Below are positions 10,528 to 22,056 of a DNA stretch of 62,619 bases, piece after piece. Numbering within the stretch: the first letter of the stretch is position 1; each line of letters opens with the position of its first letter. Both the position numbers and the translations under genes were made by a program. The notes under the pieces were generated by a model, which saw only the letters and a list, made by a program, of their open reading frames with translations, was not told where the DNA came from and did not search any database. Source of the stretch: a virus (taxonomy: Duplodnaviria > Caudoviricetes); IMG/VR virus record IMGVR_UViG_3300042565_002416, positions 1-62,619 of that record, one strand, 5' to 3'.

Positions 10528-13497
10528 ATGAACGAATTTAAAGTAAAAAATGGTTTAATAGTTGATGGAGATTCAACTTTAAGGGGTGGTATATATGATA
10601 TTTCAGGATCAACAGGGATATCAGGACAATTCCTTAGTTCAACACCTAATGGTGTTTTATGGGTTAGTGGAAATAGCGCTACACCCTCTAGTTATGATTA
10701 CATTGATTTTAATACAGGATATACCGCAACAGCTAAAACAGGTAGAGTTTATTTTGATACTACTGAAGATAGTTTAACTTTTTTTCCAACAACACCCAAT
10801 ATGGATGTTGCACTTAATATAGGTCAAGAAAGTTTAATTAGGGTTTTTAATAATTCAGGCTCACAAATTAATAATGGATCCGTTGTTCATATATCGGGAT
10901 CCTCATTAGGTCTTCCAACAATTGTTTTATCAAATGCTGCGTTTGATGATAGAGCTGAAGTTGCAGGTGTTGCAACTCATAATATTCCAAATAATACTAT
11001 TGGTTATATAACCAATTTTGGTATTGTAAGAGATGTTAATACATCAGGTTTTAACGTTGGCGATGAATTATATTTATCTGACACCATTAACGGTGGTTTC
11101 ACAAATAATGTAATTGATATTAATTTTAGTTCCAGAGTTTGTTCAGTTGGTTGGGTTGTAACGTCTGGTGTAACTAATGGTAAAATATTAGTGTCAATTA
11201 CAAATGAAAATAAGGTTCAAAGTTTAACAAATAAACAAGTAAATATTTTATTAGGTAATACCGTATCAACAGGTGTTTTTGAATTCACCGGATTAACTAA
11301 AACATCAAATACAACATTCCAAATTGCACCTGTTAGAGGTTGGTTTGTTGATAACACAACAAACCCTGTAATACCATATGTATTACAAGTTAATTATAGT
11401 GGTAGTACAACAGGTCAAACAACACCTTATTTAACCACTAATGATGCAACATACGTATTATTAACGTCAGCTTCAACTATAACATTACAACCAACATTTC
11501 CAACACCACAAGAAAGAAGATTAAATATATTTTTAGGTAAAGTTATTCATCCAAGTAGAACCTCAATATTAAATATAAATAATACTGTTGATTTTGATGT
11601 ATCACCAATGTCAGCTTTACGTGATTTGTGGACACCAATTAAATTAATAAATGATGGTATTATAGTATCTCCGAATGGTGCTAATTTAAATATCAATACA
11701 TCGGCAGGAGGATTGTGGGGTAATGGTATTGGTTGGACTACAAATCAATTAAACCCCAATCAGGTATCAATAGCAGCCAAATCACCCGCTTCTTTCTTTT
11801 ATAGGACGCAAACAGGTGGTACTTCTTCTTCCGTAACATTGATTGATCCGACAAAATATGATGTTGGTGGTGCTATAACTAGTATAGGTAACGCTAATAG
11901 TGACGAATCCACCAATCAGAGGGTTTATTTATACCCAACAGGTGTTATAAATATATTATACGGACAAACCAAATACACGAATTTAAGTGCTGCAGTTGCT
12001 GGAATACAAACCGAAACTTTCGTTACATATCCTAATGCTCAAACCACTGGTGTTTTAATTGGTATTATTTCAGTAAGGAATGATATTGTTGCGGATGGTC
12101 AGCCATTGACTAATAGTAATTATGCGGTATTTACTTCAGTATCTAAGTTTGGTGAATTATTGGGTGGAACTGGTGGTTTATCAACAACTACATTACAACA
12201 AGCATACGATAACTCAGTTCAACCTGAGATTACAACCAATTCAATATTGGGTGCGGTTACATTTAAAAGAGGTAGTGCATCTGATAGTGATAATGTATTA
12301 GAAATAGAAAATGGTAGTGGTATAACAAATATTAGTTTAAATGCTTCGGGTAGAACAACAACTAAATCATTAACAATTTCTAATTTAGATAGTAATATTA
12401 TTGATAATAGATTTTTAGTTGTAAATAATAGTGGTGATACGTCATATAGGAGTGATATTGTATTACAATCAGAATTTAATTCATACACATCAAATACACA
12501 AACTGAAATTAATTTAAGTAATGTTTATAATACTGTATTATCACCAACTTTAAGTATGCCAACAAGTGTTGGTGGTATAAGTTTAGGGACTACAGTATCT
12601 CAATTATCAGGTTTAACATTTACGAGTTTATTTGATGATTTATTATTTCCAACTGTTTTACCGACATACACAATACCTACAATTACAACAGGTGGTATAT
12701 CAAATTCAACGGTTGAAGTAGGTTCTACAATAACTCCAGCGATAACATTAAGTTCAATTAAAAATGATGGGGGTAATTTCACCCAATTAAGAATATTAAG
12801 AAATTCAAGCCCTATTTTTACAAATACAGGGTTAACGGTTTCTTGGTTATCACCTGTTCCAGATCAATTTGGTTTTGCAAATCCAAATACACCAAATTCA
12901 GGGTTTACAATTAATCCAAGTCCGTATAATGAAAGTTATGTAATACCTGATGTAGGTGGTGGAACTACTTCAACTACATCTTATAGGGGTGATGGTGATT
13001 ATAATCAAGGTTTAGTTAAGAAAAATAATAAAAATGTTAATGATATAAGAGGGTTTTTATTAAGATCAACGTCAGCACCTCAATCAGGTGGAACTGTTAG
13101 TAATGGGACACAAATTGATAGTTCTACGATAACATATACGGGTATATATCCTTATTTTTATGGTATATCGGCAACATTACCAACTCCAACCACCATATCA
13201 CATGCGATATCAGGTGGTACGGCGACTAAGGTATTATCAAGTGCGGCTGGAACTTTATCAATTCCTTATAATACGACTGGTAATTATATTTGGGTGGCTT
13301 ATTTTAATAATTATACAACAAAAACTAAGTGGTATGTAAATGCTTTAGATAATGGTAATTTAGATGGTAGTTTTTTAACTTCAGCTGTAACGCAAAACGT
13401 AGACAGTCCAAATGGTTTTTGGAGTAATATAACATATAAATTACATTGGAGTGTAAATGCTACATCACAATCAACTTTAGAATATAGAAATAGTTAA
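10528..13497 (+). CDS. Large Thr/Ser-rich virion structural protein
   Basis: 989 aa, beta-rich composition, MNEFKVKNGL start, TATTTATA motif upstream, lies within the fibre cluster. Confidence 0.6.
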   Translation: MNEFKVKNGLIVDGDSTLRGGIYDISGSTGISGQFLSSTPNGVLWVSGNSATPSSYDYIDFNTGYTATAKTGRVYFDTTEDSLTFFPTTPNMDVALNIGQESLIRVFNNSGSQINNGSVVHISGSSLGLPTIVLSNAAFDDRAEVAGVATHNIPNNTIGYITNFGIVRDVNTSGFNVGDELYLSDTINGGFTNNVIDINFSSRVCSVGWVVTSGVTNGKILVSITNENKVQSLTNKQVNILLGNTVSTGVFEFTGLTKTSNTTFQIAPVRGWFVDNTTNPVIPYVLQVNYSGSTTGQTTPYLTTNDATYVLLTSASTITLQPTFPTPQERRLNIFLGKVIHPSRTSILNINNTVDFDVSPMSALRDLWTPIKLINDGIIVSPNGANLNINTSAGGLWGNGIGWTTNQLNPNQVSIAAKSPASFFYRTQTGGTSSSVTLIDPTKYDVGGAITSIGNANSDESTNQRVYLYPTGVINILYGQTKYTNLSAAVAGIQTETFVTYPNAQTTGVLIGIISVRNDIVADGQPLTNSNYAVFTSVSKFGELLGGTGGLSTTTLQQAYDNSVQPEITTNSILGAVTFKRGSASDSDNVLEIENGSGITNISLNASGRTTTKSLTISNLDSNIIDNRFLVVNNSGDTSYRSDIVLQSEFNSYTSNTQTEINLSNVYNTVLSPTLSMPTSVGGISLGTTVSQLSGLTFTSLFDDLLFPTVLPTYTIPTITTGGISNSTVEVGSTITPAITLSSIKNDGGNFTQLRILRNSSPIFTNTGLTVSWLSPVPDQFGFANPNTPNSGFTINPSPYNESYVIPDVGGGTTSTTSYRGDGDYNQGLVKKNNKNVNDIRGFLLRSTSAPQSGGTVSNGTQIDSSTITYTGIYPYFYGISATLPTPTTISHAISGGTATKVLSSAAGTLSIPYNTTGNYIWVAYFNNYTTKTKWYVNALDNGNLDGSFLTSAVTQNVDSPNGFWSNITYKLHWSVNATSQSTLEYRNS

Positions 13498-13502
13498 ATA
13501 GT

Positions 13503-16500
13503 ATGGCAATTAATCTTAGTGATAATATAAGAATAAACTCACCTAAAATTTTAGATGATAGATACGGTCCTTGGAATAGTGTTTCAGAGGCTAATACAAA
13601 TATTTTGTTTTTTCAAAGACAAATAGGTTTAACTGTTGGTATATTTAGTGGATCAACATTAACCGAATATTGGTTTTCATCAGGTGTTACAGATACGGAT
13701 TTAGTCGTAAAAACAACTAATGTATCAGGTAAATTAAATATAAGTGATTTTATTATATATACCTCAACAACTCAAAACATAATTGATAATAACTATAGTC
13801 AATTTACAGGTTTTACTCAGTCATTTGATAGTTATTCAGCCAATACTCTTAATTTAATTAATACGAAATACGATAAATCAGGTGGGACAATATCAGGTAA
13901 TGTTACAATAATCGGTAACTTAACTGTTAATGGAACAGCAACGACTATTAACACTGTTAACTTATTAGTATATGATCCTATAATTGGTTTAGCGTTATCA
14001 CAATCAGGTACAACAAATCCAACATTAGATTCTGGTATTATAACAGATAGGGGTTTAAGCGGTAATACTGCCTTTGTATGGATTGAAAATAATAAACAAT
14101 ATGAATTAGGTTACACAAATAATAGTTATAATGATACAAATGTAACAATAAGTCAATATGGTAATTTAAGGTTAAATAATATTAGGAGTAATTACATAAC
14201 GGATAGTACTAATAGTACAGGTATAACAAATCAAGTATTATCAACGACTTCTAATGGTATTATATGGAATAGTATAGATGGTATAATAACAGGTGTAACT
14301 AGTAATAAGGTAATTGAATTAGGAACGGGTATATTATCAACTGTGAGAATATGTTCAAATAATATTGCTTCGGGTAACTATTCGGGTGTATTAAGTGGAA
14401 CAGGAAATACAGCATCTGCTTGTTTTTCAACAATTGCCGGTGGAGGACAAAACATAGCGTCAGGTAATTTTTCTGGTGTATTAGGTGGTGTTGGTAATAC
14501 AGCGTCATCTTTTTACTCATCTGTTACTAGTGGTGTTGCTAATGTGGGATCAGGTAATAGTTCATTTATAGGTAGTGGTAGATTTAATACATCATCTGGA
14601 AATCAGTCAGCAATTGCTGGTGGTTTTAATAATACAACGTCTGGTCATTGTTCAGGTATAGTTTCTGGTTCAGGAAATACCGCATCAGGTGGTTTTTCAA
14701 TTGTAGCTGGCGGATGTGGAAATACATCTTCCGGAATTGAAACATTTGTCGGTGGTGGTGAGTTTAACGCAACAAGTGCTGATTGTTCATTTATAGGTGG
14801 TGGCGCTAGAAACACAACAAACACCTTTTGTTTTTCAACAATTGCAGGTGGGGAAAGAAACACAGCATCCGGAAGACATTCATTTATAGGTGGTGGGTTT
14901 ATTAATTTATCAGGAAATGGTAATAGAACAGTTGTTGGTGGTGGTCAACAAAACACAGCTTCTTCTAATTACACATCAGTTCTTGGAGGGTATTTTAATA
15001 CGGCATCATTCTCATATTCAACTGTTGTTGGTGGTTGGAATAATAAAACTTCAGCCCCTTGTGCTTTTATTGGTGGGGGTAAAGATAATTTAGTTGGTGG
15101 TGGGGTATCTTTTATTGGTGGTGGTTTAGCTAATACCACTTCATCTTGTTATACAGGTATTGTTTCAGGTTCAGGTAATACTATATCAGGATGTTTTTCA
15201 GTTATAGCCGGTGGATGTGGTAACATAATTCAATCATCAAGTAGAGCTTCATTCATAGGTGGTGGATGTGAAAATATAACAAATTGTAGATTAGCTACCG
15301 TTGTAAGTGGTTGTCGTAATACAGCATTAGGACAAGTTTCATTTATTGGTGGTGGTTTATTAAATACAACCACAGCTTCAGGATATTCGTCATTTATTGG
15401 TGGTGGTTTAGCTAATGTTGTTAATAATATTTACACAACAATATCTGGCGGTAGATGTAATACGTTGACAGGTAATCACGGTACGGTTTCTGGTGGTTAT
15501 AAGAATACTGGAACTGAATGTTGTTCAACAATTGCTGGTGGAGCGTTTAATTTATCTTGTGGACCTCATTCATTTATTGGTGGTGGTTATGGTAATATTT
15601 CTGTAACAGGTTCAACTGTAGGTGGTGGGTGTGAAAATAGGGCTTGTAATACTTATTCAACCGTAGCAGGTGGTATAAGTAATACAGCATCAGGTATTTG
15701 TTCATCGGTTGTAGGTGGTTCAACTAATAGAGCTACTAATAATTTTTCTTTTGTAGGTGGTGGTTGTGGAAACTCAGCAACTGATTGTTGGTCAACAGTT
15801 GTTGGTGGTGAAGTAAATGCCGCTATTTGTAGATGGGCATTCGTTGGTGGTGGTTATATTAACTTGGCTAGTGGATTATTTTCGGTAGTAACAGGTGGTA
15901 GAACAAATACGGCATCAGGTTACGCAACATTCGTCACTGGTGGTGTTTCTAATACAGCGGAAAACTCACTTACAAGTGTTGGTGGTGGTAGAAATAATAC
16001 AGCATCAGGAACATATTCATTTATAGGGACAGGTATTAGAAATATAACAAATTCATCAGGACAATATTCAGGTATAATATCTGGTTCAGGTAATAGTATA
16101 ACCAATTGTTTTTCATTTATTGGTAGTGGTTGCGGTAATACAGCATCTGGACTTGAATCCGTTGTTGTCGGTGGTGAATTAAATACGGCCTCAGGAGCTT
16201 GTTCATTTATTGGTGGTGGTAGACAAAATACAGCTTCAGGTGGTGGATCTTTTGTTGGTGGTGGTGTAAACAATACGGTGTCGACACCATCTAATTCAAT
16301 CATTGGTGGTGGTAGAGAAAATACATCTTTAGGTGAAATTGGGTTTATTGGTGGTGGTAGATGTAATACCACATTAAATACAGCTTCAACAATATCTGGA
16401 GGTTATAGAAATACATCATCTGGATATATGTCAACTATATCAGGGGGTAGACTTAATGTAGCGTCAGGTAATTGTTCATTCATAGGTGGTGGTCAATCAA

Positions 16501-18278
16501 ACTTAGCTTTAACTGGATCAACAGTTGGTGGTGGTGTGAACAACACTGCTTCAGGTAATTGTTCATTTGTAGGTGGTGGATGTGCAAATACATCGTTAGG
16601 TAATAACTCATTTGTTGGTGGTGGTTCAACTAATACAGCGTCAGGTAATTGTTCATTTGTTGGTGGTGGTAATAATAACAGAGCTTCAGGTGGTTGTTCA
16701 TTTATTGGTGGTGGATGTTGTAATACCGCATCAGGTATTTATTCAGTAGCATCAGGTGGTTATTTTAACGTATCATCAGGTCCATTCTCATTTGTTGGTA
16801 GTGGTAATCAAAATACATCGTCAGGTAATAACTCATTTGTTGGTGGTGGATTGGTTAATGTATCAAGTGGTAGTCATTCAGCTATTGTTGGAGGTATTTT
16901 AAACACCGCATCAGGTATTTATGCATTTATCGGTGCTGGTAGGGGTAATACAGCATCAGGTAATTGTTCAACTGTGTCTGGTGGTTATAGAAATATAGCT
17001 TCAGGATGTTTTTCAGGTATAATATCTGGTTCAGGTAATACATCTTCTGGTAGTTTTTCATTTATAGGTGGTGGTTTGTGTAATACAGCGTCCGGTATTG
17101 AAACGGTTGTTGTTGGAGGTGAATTAAATAGAGTGTCAGGTATTAACTCATTTATCGGTGGTGGTAATACTAACTTTATTTCAGGTACAACATCATCTAT
17201 TATCGGTGGAACAGGTAATACAATCGGCTCACAATTATCATTTATAGCTGGTGGAAATAGAAATACAACTTTATGTAATAATACATTTATATTAGGTTCA
17301 AATATAACAGCAAACGCTGTTGATACTACATTCACTCAAAACTTTAATTCTTGTGGACAATCAACCTTACAAGGAACATCAGCTACAGCTGGTTGTGTAT
17401 TATTGGTTAGAAACTCAACACCATTAAGTTTATTCACAGTACAAAATAATGGTCAACAATTTATTAATAGTAATTTTACAGCAACAGCAAATAATACGTC
17501 AGGTGTTTTAAATACTCAAACAATAACACAAAGAGCAACTCAAGGTGATACTGTTACAGGTACATATATTAATCCAACACTTATAACAAATCAGAATAAT
17601 CAAACAAATAAAGGTTTATCAGTTTATCCGTTATTCACAGGTTCAACAAATAGTTGGACAGGAACAACCAATATTATCGCTGATTTTGGAGCTATTAATG
17701 TGGGAACTCAGTTATCTGTAACGGATACTACCACAGGTGTTATTTATGGCGTTAATGATGTATCAGGTTTACCAATAATTGACGCAACATCAAATTGGGA
17801 TGTAAATATTTATGATTTCCCTAATGTTGTATTAAGTAAAACAGGAAAAACATTAACCTTTGGTGTGGCTTATAATTCAGCTTCAACAAACACATTCCAA
17901 TCTGATATTATATTAAATGAAAGAATTGGTTTAAGTCATAGAATGACACAGGTGAGTGGATCGACAACAGGTAATGGAAGTGCGGTGTTATTTAATTTAC
18001 CTGTTAATACAGGACAAACTGTTTATATGGAGGCTAAGGTATCTGGTAGGGCTAATAACGCAAATATGGATAGTATAATGGGTGATTATAAGTATTCAGC
18101 TAAGAGAAGTTTAACAGGTAGTTTAACTCCGGTTGGATCATTCTTTTCATTTGTTAATAAGGATAATCTATTAACTAATTTCGCTATTGACATATCGGGT
18201 AATAATCTTAGATTGGTTGTAACAGGTAATACGGATACGTATATCTGGGGATCAACAATAACAACTCAAGTATTTTAA
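13503..18278 (+). CDS. Tail-fibre/adhesin with about 65 15-aa solenoid repeats
   Basis: Shares the KYDKSGGTISGNVT...LDSG and NKVIELG modules with the first gene; repeat array at about 14360-17310. Confidence 0.8.
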   Translation: MAINLSDNIRINSPKILDDRYGPWNSVSEANTNILFFQRQIGLTVGIFSGSTLTEYWFSSGVTDTDLVVKTTNVSGKLNISDFIIYTSTTQNIIDNNYSQFTGFTQSFDSYSANTLNLINTKYDKSGGTISGNVTIIGNLTVNGTATTINTVNLLVYDPIIGLALSQSGTTNPTLDSGIITDRGLSGNTAFVWIENNKQYELGYTNNSYNDTNVTISQYGNLRLNNIRSNYITDSTNSTGITNQVLSTTSNGIIWNSIDGIITGVTSNKVIELGTGILSTVRICSNNIASGNYSGVLSGTGNTASACFSTIAGGGQNIASGNFSGVLGGVGNTASSFYSSVTSGVANVGSGNSSFIGSGRFNTSSGNQSAIAGGFNNTTSGHCSGIVSGSGNTASGGFSIVAGGCGNTSSGIETFVGGGEFNATSADCSFIGGGARNTTNTFCFSTIAGGERNTASGRHSFIGGGFINLSGNGNRTVVGGGQQNTASSNYTSVLGGYFNTASFSYSTVVGGWNNKTSAPCAFIGGGKDNLVGGGVSFIGGGLANTTSSCYTGIVSGSGNTISGCFSVIAGGCGNIIQSSSRASFIGGGCENITNCRLATVVSGCRNTALGQVSFIGGGLLNTTTASGYSSFIGGGLANVVNNIYTTISGGRCNTLTGNHGTVSGGYKNTGTECCSTIAGGAFNLSCGPHSFIGGGYGNISVTGSTVGGGCENRACNTYSTVAGGISNTASGICSSVVGGSTNRATNNFSFVGGGCGNSATDCWSTVVGGEVNAAICRWAFVGGGYINLASGLFSVVTGGRTNTASGYATFVTGGVSNTAENSLTSVGGGRNNTASGTYSFIGTGIRNITNSSGQYSGIISGSGNSITNCFSFIGSGCGNTASGLESVVVGGELNTASGACSFIGGGRQNTASGGGSFVGGGVNNTVSTPSNSIIGGGRENTSLGEIGFIGGGRCNTTLNTASTISGGYRNTSSGYMSTISGGRLNVASGNCSFIGGGQSNLALTGSTVGGGVNNTASGNCSFVGGGCANTSLGNNSFVGGGSTNTASGNCSFVGGGNNNRASGGCSFIGGGCCNTASGIYSVASGGYFNVSSGPFSFVGSGNQNTSSGNNSFVGGGLVNVSSGSHSAIVGGILNTASGIYAFIGAGRGNTASGNCSTVSGGYRNIASGCFSGIISGSGNTSSGSFSFIGGGLCNTASGIETVVVGGELNRVSGINSFIGGGNTNFISGTTSSIIGGTGNTIGSQLSFIAGGNRNTTLCNNTFILGSNITANAVDTTFTQNFNSCGQSTLQGTSATAGCVLLVRNSTPLSLFTVQNNGQQFINSNFTATANNTSGVLNTQTITQRATQGDTVTGTYINPTLITNQNNQTNKGLSVYPLFTGSTNSWTGTTNIIADFGAINVGTQLSVTDTTTGVIYGVNDVSGLPIIDATSNWDVNIYDFPNVVLSKTGKTLTFGVAYNSASTNTFQSDIILNERIGLSHRMTQVSGSTTGNGSAVLFNLPVNTGQTVYMEAKVSGRANNANMDSIMGDYKYSAKRSLTGSLTPVGSFFSFVNKDNLLTNFAIDISGNNLRLVVTGNTDTYIWGSTITTQVF

Positions 18279-18280
18279 AT

Positions 18281-20665
18281 ATGGCGATTTTTAAAAACTC
18301 ATTACCGATAGTTAGAGATGGACTAATTTTAAATATAGATCCGTTGAATACTAAATCGGTTAATACACCAATAGTTAACTTATCACCAGATCCGAGAAAT
18401 TGGACAACTGTAAGATCATTTATTACATTATTTACAGGTGGGACAATAACACCGCCGATTGAGGGTGCTCCAATATATGAAGTAAGAACATCACCATCTT
18501 TCGCTAATACTTTACATAGATTAAATAATACATCTGTATTTGGTACAACCGGTAATAGGTTTTATAGATATTCAATGTATATAATGGGGAGTAGTGGTAA
18601 CACCCCAACAGCTTCGGTTGGGTTAGATATAAATGATAGAAATACCAATAGTTTTGTGATTGGAACCGCAACAACTTGGAATTATATTACAACTCAAGAT
18701 ACTCTACCACCATCTAATAATAGTACAGTATATGATTTTTTTGATTATGAATTTTATAGAACGGGAAGTCTACCATCAACCGGAGATACGTTTTATATTT
18801 CAGGTATTGTCATAGCTAGGAGTTTAGGTTTTGATAATAACACATATGTTCCATTATTACGAGATCCTGGTTATATACCTTATAATGGCATTATTAATAC
18901 AGGCATAACGGATATGGTTGGTTTTAATAATACAAGATTTATAAGTGGTAGACAAGGTATTAGCCGTGAATTTGGTTTATCTTTATATACGTCAGGTTCT
19001 TCAATATCAACACAACAATTTTCGTTGGATAGAGAAACTGATTTACCCCAATGGTCGTTAAGTTATTTTTTTAAACCCTTATTAAGAGATGTTGCATATC
19101 AACCCCTTTCTGGTGATATTAATTACGCATCGGGAACAACAACTATTTTAAACCATAATTTTGGATTTTTTACCGGAATAAATAAACCGGTTATTGACCC
19201 CACCGATGGTAGTATTTTTATAGGGACAAGAAATGAAGAATATCAAAATATAAGTAGGTTTGGTGTGGTTAAAATAGATAGTGGTGGAACAATTAATTCA
19301 ACATTTAATGCTAATTTCACACCAGCAGGTTCTTTAGATTTCACAACTCAAATTAGTGGTGATAATATATATGTTGCGGGAACTAATGTATTCCTAGCAA
19401 AATTTGATAAGATAAGCGGATCAGGAATACAAACTTTAGGAACTACAGGTGGTTTTAACACTAGTTTGAATATGAGAACTCAATTTATGGATAGTATTAA
19501 TGATCAATTATATGTTTCGGGTGATTTTACAACAGTTAGTGGTTTAACAAGACAAAGATTAACGAGGATTAATTTAAATACATTCACACCTGATTTAAGT
19601 TTAGATACATCTAATGGATTTAATGGTTTACCAAGAGTTGTATTACCACATCAAGGTAAAATATTATGTTTAGGTGATTTTACAACATACTCAGGGGTAT
19701 CAAGAAACTTTATAACTAGAATTAATACTGATGGTTCTTTAGATGAAACTTTTCAGGTTGGATCTGGATTTGATAATACATTAATTTTTGCAAATCATCC
19801 TGTTGATATGGCGATAGATACTTTGGATAGAGTTGTTATTGTTGGTAGATTTACAACATACTCTGGAATACCTAGACAACATATTGTTAGATTAAACCCT
19901 GATGGGACATTAGATAATACATTTAATATCGGTGTTGGATTTAATGAGAGACCATACACCGTAGCAATTCAATCCGATAATAAAATATTGGTTGGTGGAT
20001 TATTTACTGCATATTCTGGAGTAAGTAGAAATAGGTTAGTTAGATTAAATGTAGATGGTACTATTGATAATACTTTTAATATTGGTAGTGGTGTTGGTTC
20101 ATTTAATACTACACTATACCCATCACCATCTGTCGATCAAATCCTCATACAATCAGACGGTAAAATATTACTTTTTAACGGAACTAGAAATCAAGTTCAA
20201 ACATATAGTGCTTCTACTATACCCTGGATAACCACCATAAGATTAAATTCGGATGGTAGTATTGATAATACGTTTAATTCGGGACTTGGGTTTACTAAAG
20301 CAACATATAGAAATCAATTATCATTTAGATATTTAACAACAGCAAATACATTGACAACATTCTCAGATTTAAGTGCAAACCCTGGGAATGGTGGTAGATT
20401 AGCACTTTCATTTTTCACTAATTACCATAATAATGTTATTAATAGGGTATTTACTAAAGATGTTAACAATGTTTTAAGACAATACGATAATGGTTTATTA
20501 GTTAAGTCTTATACCTTTAATCCGGCAGATAATTTAAACTTACGAATGAGAACATTTAATATTCCAGGTAATTTAAACTCACTTCAAGTGTATAGTAAGG
20601 AATTATCTCAACAAGAAATATCTCAAAACTTTAATGTAATGAAATCACGTTTTAATTTATTATAA
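18281..20665 (+). CDS. Delta-60 (DUF5122-like) beta-propeller repeat protein enclosed by LamG-type caps
   Basis: Repeated RLNxDGTLDNTFNIGxG and IQSDxKILVGG motifs; N-term IVRDGLILNID; C-term YSKELSQQEISQNFNVMKSRF. Confidence 0.75.
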   Translation: MAIFKNSLPIVRDGLILNIDPLNTKSVNTPIVNLSPDPRNWTTVRSFITLFTGGTITPPIEGAPIYEVRTSPSFANTLHRLNNTSVFGTTGNRFYRYSMYIMGSSGNTPTASVGLDINDRNTNSFVIGTATTWNYITTQDTLPPSNNSTVYDFFDYEFYRTGSLPSTGDTFYISGIVIARSLGFDNNTYVPLLRDPGYIPYNGIINTGITDMVGFNNTRFISGRQGISREFGLSLYTSGSSISTQQFSLDRETDLPQWSLSYFFKPLLRDVAYQPLSGDINYASGTTTILNHNFGFFTGINKPVIDPTDGSIFIGTRNEEYQNISRFGVVKIDSGGTINSTFNANFTPAGSLDFTTQISGDNIYVAGTNVFLAKFDKISGSGIQTLGTTGGFNTSLNMRTQFMDSINDQLYVSGDFTTVSGLTRQRLTRINLNTFTPDLSLDTSNGFNGLPRVVLPHQGKILCLGDFTTYSGVSRNFITRINTDGSLDETFQVGSGFDNTLIFANHPVDMAIDTLDRVVIVGRFTTYSGIPRQHIVRLNPDGTLDNTFNIGVGFNERPYTVAIQSDNKILVGGLFTAYSGVSRNRLVRLNVDGTIDNTFNIGSGVGSFNTTLYPSPSVDQILIQSDGKILLFNGTRNQVQTYSASTIPWITTIRLNSDGSIDNTFNSGLGFTKATYRNQLSFRYLTTANTLTTFSDLSANPGNGGRLALSFFTNYHNNVINRVFTKDVNNVLRQYDNGLLVKSYTFNPADNLNLRMRTFNIPGNLNSLQVYSKELSQQEISQNFNVMKSRFNLL

Positions 20666-20666
20666 T

Positions 20667-22052
20667 ATGGGGGTAAATACAAGAATAAAACAAGATAACA
20701 CATATTTAAATTATTTAACTAGGGTTATTAATGATGGTGGTTCATATGAGCCAGTACCATTATATCAATATAAAGAACAATATGATAAATTACAATTATT
20801 TAATCCAGTATTATTTCTATTCCCATCAGCACAAAAAAATAATAATTTATACACTGTAACACCTAATAATTTAACAGGATTTACAATGTCAAGAACTAGT
20901 ACAGGGAATTATTTTAATAGAAATGGTAATCTACTAACTGCCCAAAATAATGAACCAAGATTATCTTATTTAGGATCAACAAGATTATTTCAGGGAGTTT
21001 TAATAGAACCATCCTCAACTAATAGGGTTTTAAATAATGTATCATATTCAGCGTCGTGGGATATATCCAACGTTCATCAAATAACGGATGATTTATTTTT
21101 ATTTAATTCAGGTAAGAATTTAAAAGTCCTTACGAATGATTCCATTAGTTCTAATGCAACATCTATGTGTATTAGACAAGGGATAACAATATTTTCAGGT
21201 GTAAATAGTTTATCATTTTATGTAAAACAAACAACATCACACGGCTCTATTAGTGTATGGGGATTTGAATCGGTTGTTGGTAGTTATAGTGTTAATTTTG
21301 ATGTTAACACTTTAACAGTGTCTAGAGTCCAAACAAGTGCGAGATATACAAATAGAATAGGTGGTGTAGTTCCTTTAGGTAATAATATTTTTTATTGTTA
21401 TGAGATTTTCACATCAAGTGTTAGCGGATCCACATCATTAGGTTTTAGTCCCACAACCTCAGGTTCTCAAACTATGGTTGCGGGTCAAGAAATATCAATA
21501 AGTTGTATTCAATTGGAGGGTCAATACCCAACGTCTTTTATACCAACAACAGGAACAAATGTAACAAGATCGGTGGATTCTTTAAGTTCACCTATACTAA
21601 ATTATAATACGAATCAGTGGTCAGTTTTTTTTGACATTGAATATTTATATGATTTTACAAAACCCGAAACTGCTGATGTTTCAGCCAATCCACTTATATG
21701 GTATTTTAGAAGATTAAATAACTCAGCCGTTAATTTTTGGAATCAAAACGCCCAACAAAATTTAGGTTCTTTTACCTTTTCACCTGCAAATAGTGTAAAA
21801 AGATTTAGGTGTATTATTTCTTTTAATGGTTCTACAATCAATACATTCATAAATGGGGTTAAAATCGGTGATCAAGTAACACCTACCAATCCAACACCAT
21901 TCCAAAACTTTTTAAATACTAATACTTATAGATTAGTAACAACTAAAGGTAATTTAATGGGAATGTTTGACGGCCCACATACGATTAGAAATATGGTTAT
22001 ATACGATTATCAATTAAATGATGAGCAATCAATAAACTTAACAAGATTTTAA
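20667..22052 (+). CDS. Phage spike/fibre protein with carbohydrate-binding-like domains
   Basis: SRTSTG...NEPRL...LIEPSSTN and QLE...PTSFIPTTG..VTR motifs typical of phage spike-fibre proteins. Confidence 0.6.
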   Translation: MGVNTRIKQDNTYLNYLTRVINDGGSYEPVPLYQYKEQYDKLQLFNPVLFLFPSAQKNNNLYTVTPNNLTGFTMSRTSTGNYFNRNGNLLTAQNNEPRLSYLGSTRLFQGVLIEPSSTNRVLNNVSYSASWDISNVHQITDDLFLFNSGKNLKVLTNDSISSNATSMCIRQGITIFSGVNSLSFYVKQTTSHGSISVWGFESVVGSYSVNFDVNTLTVSRVQTSARYTNRIGGVVPLGNNIFYCYEIFTSSVSGSTSLGFSPTTSGSQTMVAGQEISISCIQLEGQYPTSFIPTTGTNVTRSVDSLSSPILNYNTNQWSVFFDIEYLYDFTKPETADVSANPLIWYFRRLNNSAVNFWNQNAQQNLGSFTFSPANSVKRFRCIISFNGSTINTFINGVKIGDQVTPTNPTPFQNFLNTNTYRLVTTKGNLMGMFDGPHTIRNMVIYDYQLNDEQSINLTRF

Positions 22053-22056
22053 TTAT